From assembly GCA_028534125.1 (NCBI GenBank), contig CM052816.1:43836001-43900000 (forward strand): DNA of 64,000 bases, given 5' to 3'. The translations under genes and the position numbers were made by a program. Shown here piece by piece: positions 61,801-64,000 of the stretch (position 1 is the stretch's first letter; each line of letters begins with the position of its first letter). Below the pieces are notes generated by a model. It was not told the origin of the DNA, ran no database searches, and saw only the letters and a list, made by a program, of their open reading frames with translations. This DNA comes from Lama glama. Lineage: Eukaryota.

Positions 61801-63679
61801 TCCATTCTTAATTAAAAGATAATCCACAGGATGGCCATAATCTTCTTCCAAAAAATACACCACTTCCCCCTGAAAGATTTTTCTCATCAAATAAGGATAA
61901 ATAACAGTTTCCATGAGTTTAAGCCATGAAGGAATGGATGCTCCTCCCGTGTGCTTGAGTGAGAGCTGAATGTGGCTGATAGCATCGCTTTGGCATGCTA
62001 TTATCTAAAATGGTAGAATACCTCACTTCAGCAAAGTCTGACATAAATCTTTGAAAACAAAGACATTGCATATGTATGAGCTGAAATAGATATGACAGTG
62101 TTGGCACATTAATATTCCTGTCACTAGGGGGTTTCAAACTTTTAAGGAGAGGAGGAGAATGAATTCAGACTGTAGCTGGTAAAATAAGGCAGCATACAGT
62201 AGGGCAATTAGGCGTTGCTAACCATAATAAAACACGTACCGAAGGAGGGTTCCCCTGCTCCCCGCCTTTGGTAGAAAATGACTGTAGGATTATCTCTTGG
62301 GAATGCCAAGAATAATTAATTTGGCTTAGAGATTTGCATGGTTGTTCTAAGCATACTAATAAGAATGTTCCGTGAAGACCAGCCCCAATCAATAGAAGAG
62401 AGAACTGTTTTCTCTTGTGTGGCCACGGTGGTGGTTCATGGGGAACAGATGTTTCCACTTATTCCCCAACAGCCCTCATTAAAAGTAACTGTGAGGCCTA
62501 ATTGAATAGTTCTCCACATAGTTGGATCTGTGTAGAAAATAGTTCGACCACTGTATGTTTTACAAAGATTTCTTTTACCGTTTTTGGTTGCTGATATGAA
62601 AAGCTCTACCACTGCCTCTCGACTTAACTTCTCTGGGAGAAGTAAATGGATGAAAAATAAACTCCCTTTTCCTCCATCTTACCCTGCGTGGATTACATGG
62701 TGGGAAGCCTCCACTTGGAAATGCCAACCGTTTTTAGAAAAGCCTTATAAATCATCAAATCCCAGGAAATCACCACTTCCCAGGGAAGATGACCTAAAAG
62801 TTGCATTCAATTTCATTCTGCAGGGCAGTGGGCAAGAGCTATGCAACATGAGGGCTTAATGAAAAATCATCACCAAGTTACAGTTCCGGTGTTTGAAGCT
62901 GATGTTGAGATGTTTAGAATTTTTCTTGGGGTAGAACATATGTGTCGCCCTGGTGAGTGGATGTGAGGGGCTTTTTAAAAGGTTTTGTACCACAAGCTTT
63001 CTGGACAGGTTGCTGGGACCCCGGAGGCTTGGTCTGAGCCTTGACAGCAGTCACCAGGTGCAGAATAAAGGCTTCAAAACCTCTCCTTTGACAAAGAGAC
63101 AAGAAATAATATCTGACAAAGGCATGGTGAGCCAACGTGATGGCAAATCAGCAATTATACAGGAGAGCACGTCTCACTTCCGAGTGTCTTTTTCCTTCTT
63201 CTTCATATTTTACTAATAACATCGCGTAGAGGTGCTTAGGTCAGTATTTTTAAAAACAATTTAATATATGACTGTGCTTTGGGTTTGGTTTAACTCCTTT
63301 ATTACGCTAATGCTACTTGTCATTTCATGCACGTGTCAGCATTGTTTTTGAATGGCAAAAAAGGTTGGGAGTAAACCAAGCACAAAGAAAGGATCTTGCA
63401 GCTCACTGTAGGAGACTTTGTTTTAGAAACGAATAAATATTCCACGAAGATGGGTTATATGCCACTTGTAAAATATTACTGTCTCTTAAATGGAGTCATT
63501 AATTGAAGGAAAAAGACTTACAACAAATTAAATAATATTAGTGAAAAAATGGCAGCAAATTGGACCAGATCCAAGTTGTATAGCTTCACTCTTGAATCTC
63601 AGACTCTTTGAATGTATTCTTCTTGATTTTGGGAAATAAGTGAGAGTAAGTCTTTTCAAAAGGAGTTGCAAAATTAAAT

Positions 63680-64000
63680 TTAAATGTGAAAATATTTCTT
63701 TTTTTTAATCAGTGTACCATGAAAAATTTACATGTACAAAATGAATTTTCATTCCATCTTGTAAATAAATCATCATTAAAAGCATATATGCCAAAATGAA
63801 TTGAAGTCGAAGTTTCAAACAGGATTGATACAAAGAAAAACAAAATAATAATAATTAGATAGGATAGAACATATACTTCACAAATAACTGCAACATATAC
63901 TTTCTCAATCTTTACCATTTTATTTCATAATAATCAATTTGTTATGGATCAAAGATATACTATATCTCAAATTAGCAAAATGTTCATAGTATAAAGTTAT
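63680..64000 (-). other. Probable 3' UTR terminus and poly(A) site of an unidentified minus-strand gene
   Basis: On the minus strand: repeat-free U-rich sequence, ARE AUUUAUUUA (63762-63770), tandem UGUA (63729-63738), ATTAAA (63704-63709), a CA about 18 nt downstream, then U-rich sequence. Confidence 0.5.

Noticed and set aside
1..64000. A novel multi-gene system, non-retroviral endogenous virus, NUMT or retrogene
   Set aside because: No long ORF, no coding-like or mitochondrial-like segment, and no poly(A)/TSD-bounded mRNA copy was visible; a tBLASTx or HMM search is needed to exclude heavily decayed remnants.

Overview
This is mammalian nuclear DNA, probably camelid (alpaca, llama or camel), inferred from two tRNA-derived vic-1-type SINEs and cetartiodactyl-type L1 tails. 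It has one 500-N gap (821-1320). I can support no protein-coding exon, RNA gene or CRISPR array: the listed ORFs are short, mostly start at non-ATG codons, and resemble no family I recognise. The window reads as an intergenic or long 5'-intron regulatory interval. It holds two small CpG-rich promoter-like islands (~4.0-4.6 kb and ~26.9-27.15 kb) and many old repeats (MIR, L2, L3/CR1, L1, MaLR/ERVL LTRs, and hAT, Tigger and mariner fossils). It also has several repeat-free blocks rich in homeodomain motifs that look like conserved enhancers. The last ~300 bp are probably the polyadenylated 3' end of a minus-strand gene that I cannot name. Repeat families were called from remembered consensus similarity, so boundaries are approximate. 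I found no evidence for a new multi-gene system. The best leads are regulatory: a MYB/CHR/CRE/NF-Y promoter with a tandem-repeat G-quadruplex, an ancient L3/L2 stretch that is unexpectedly CpG-rich, and a CpG-rich self-complementary ~150-bp segment next to an MLT2 LTR.
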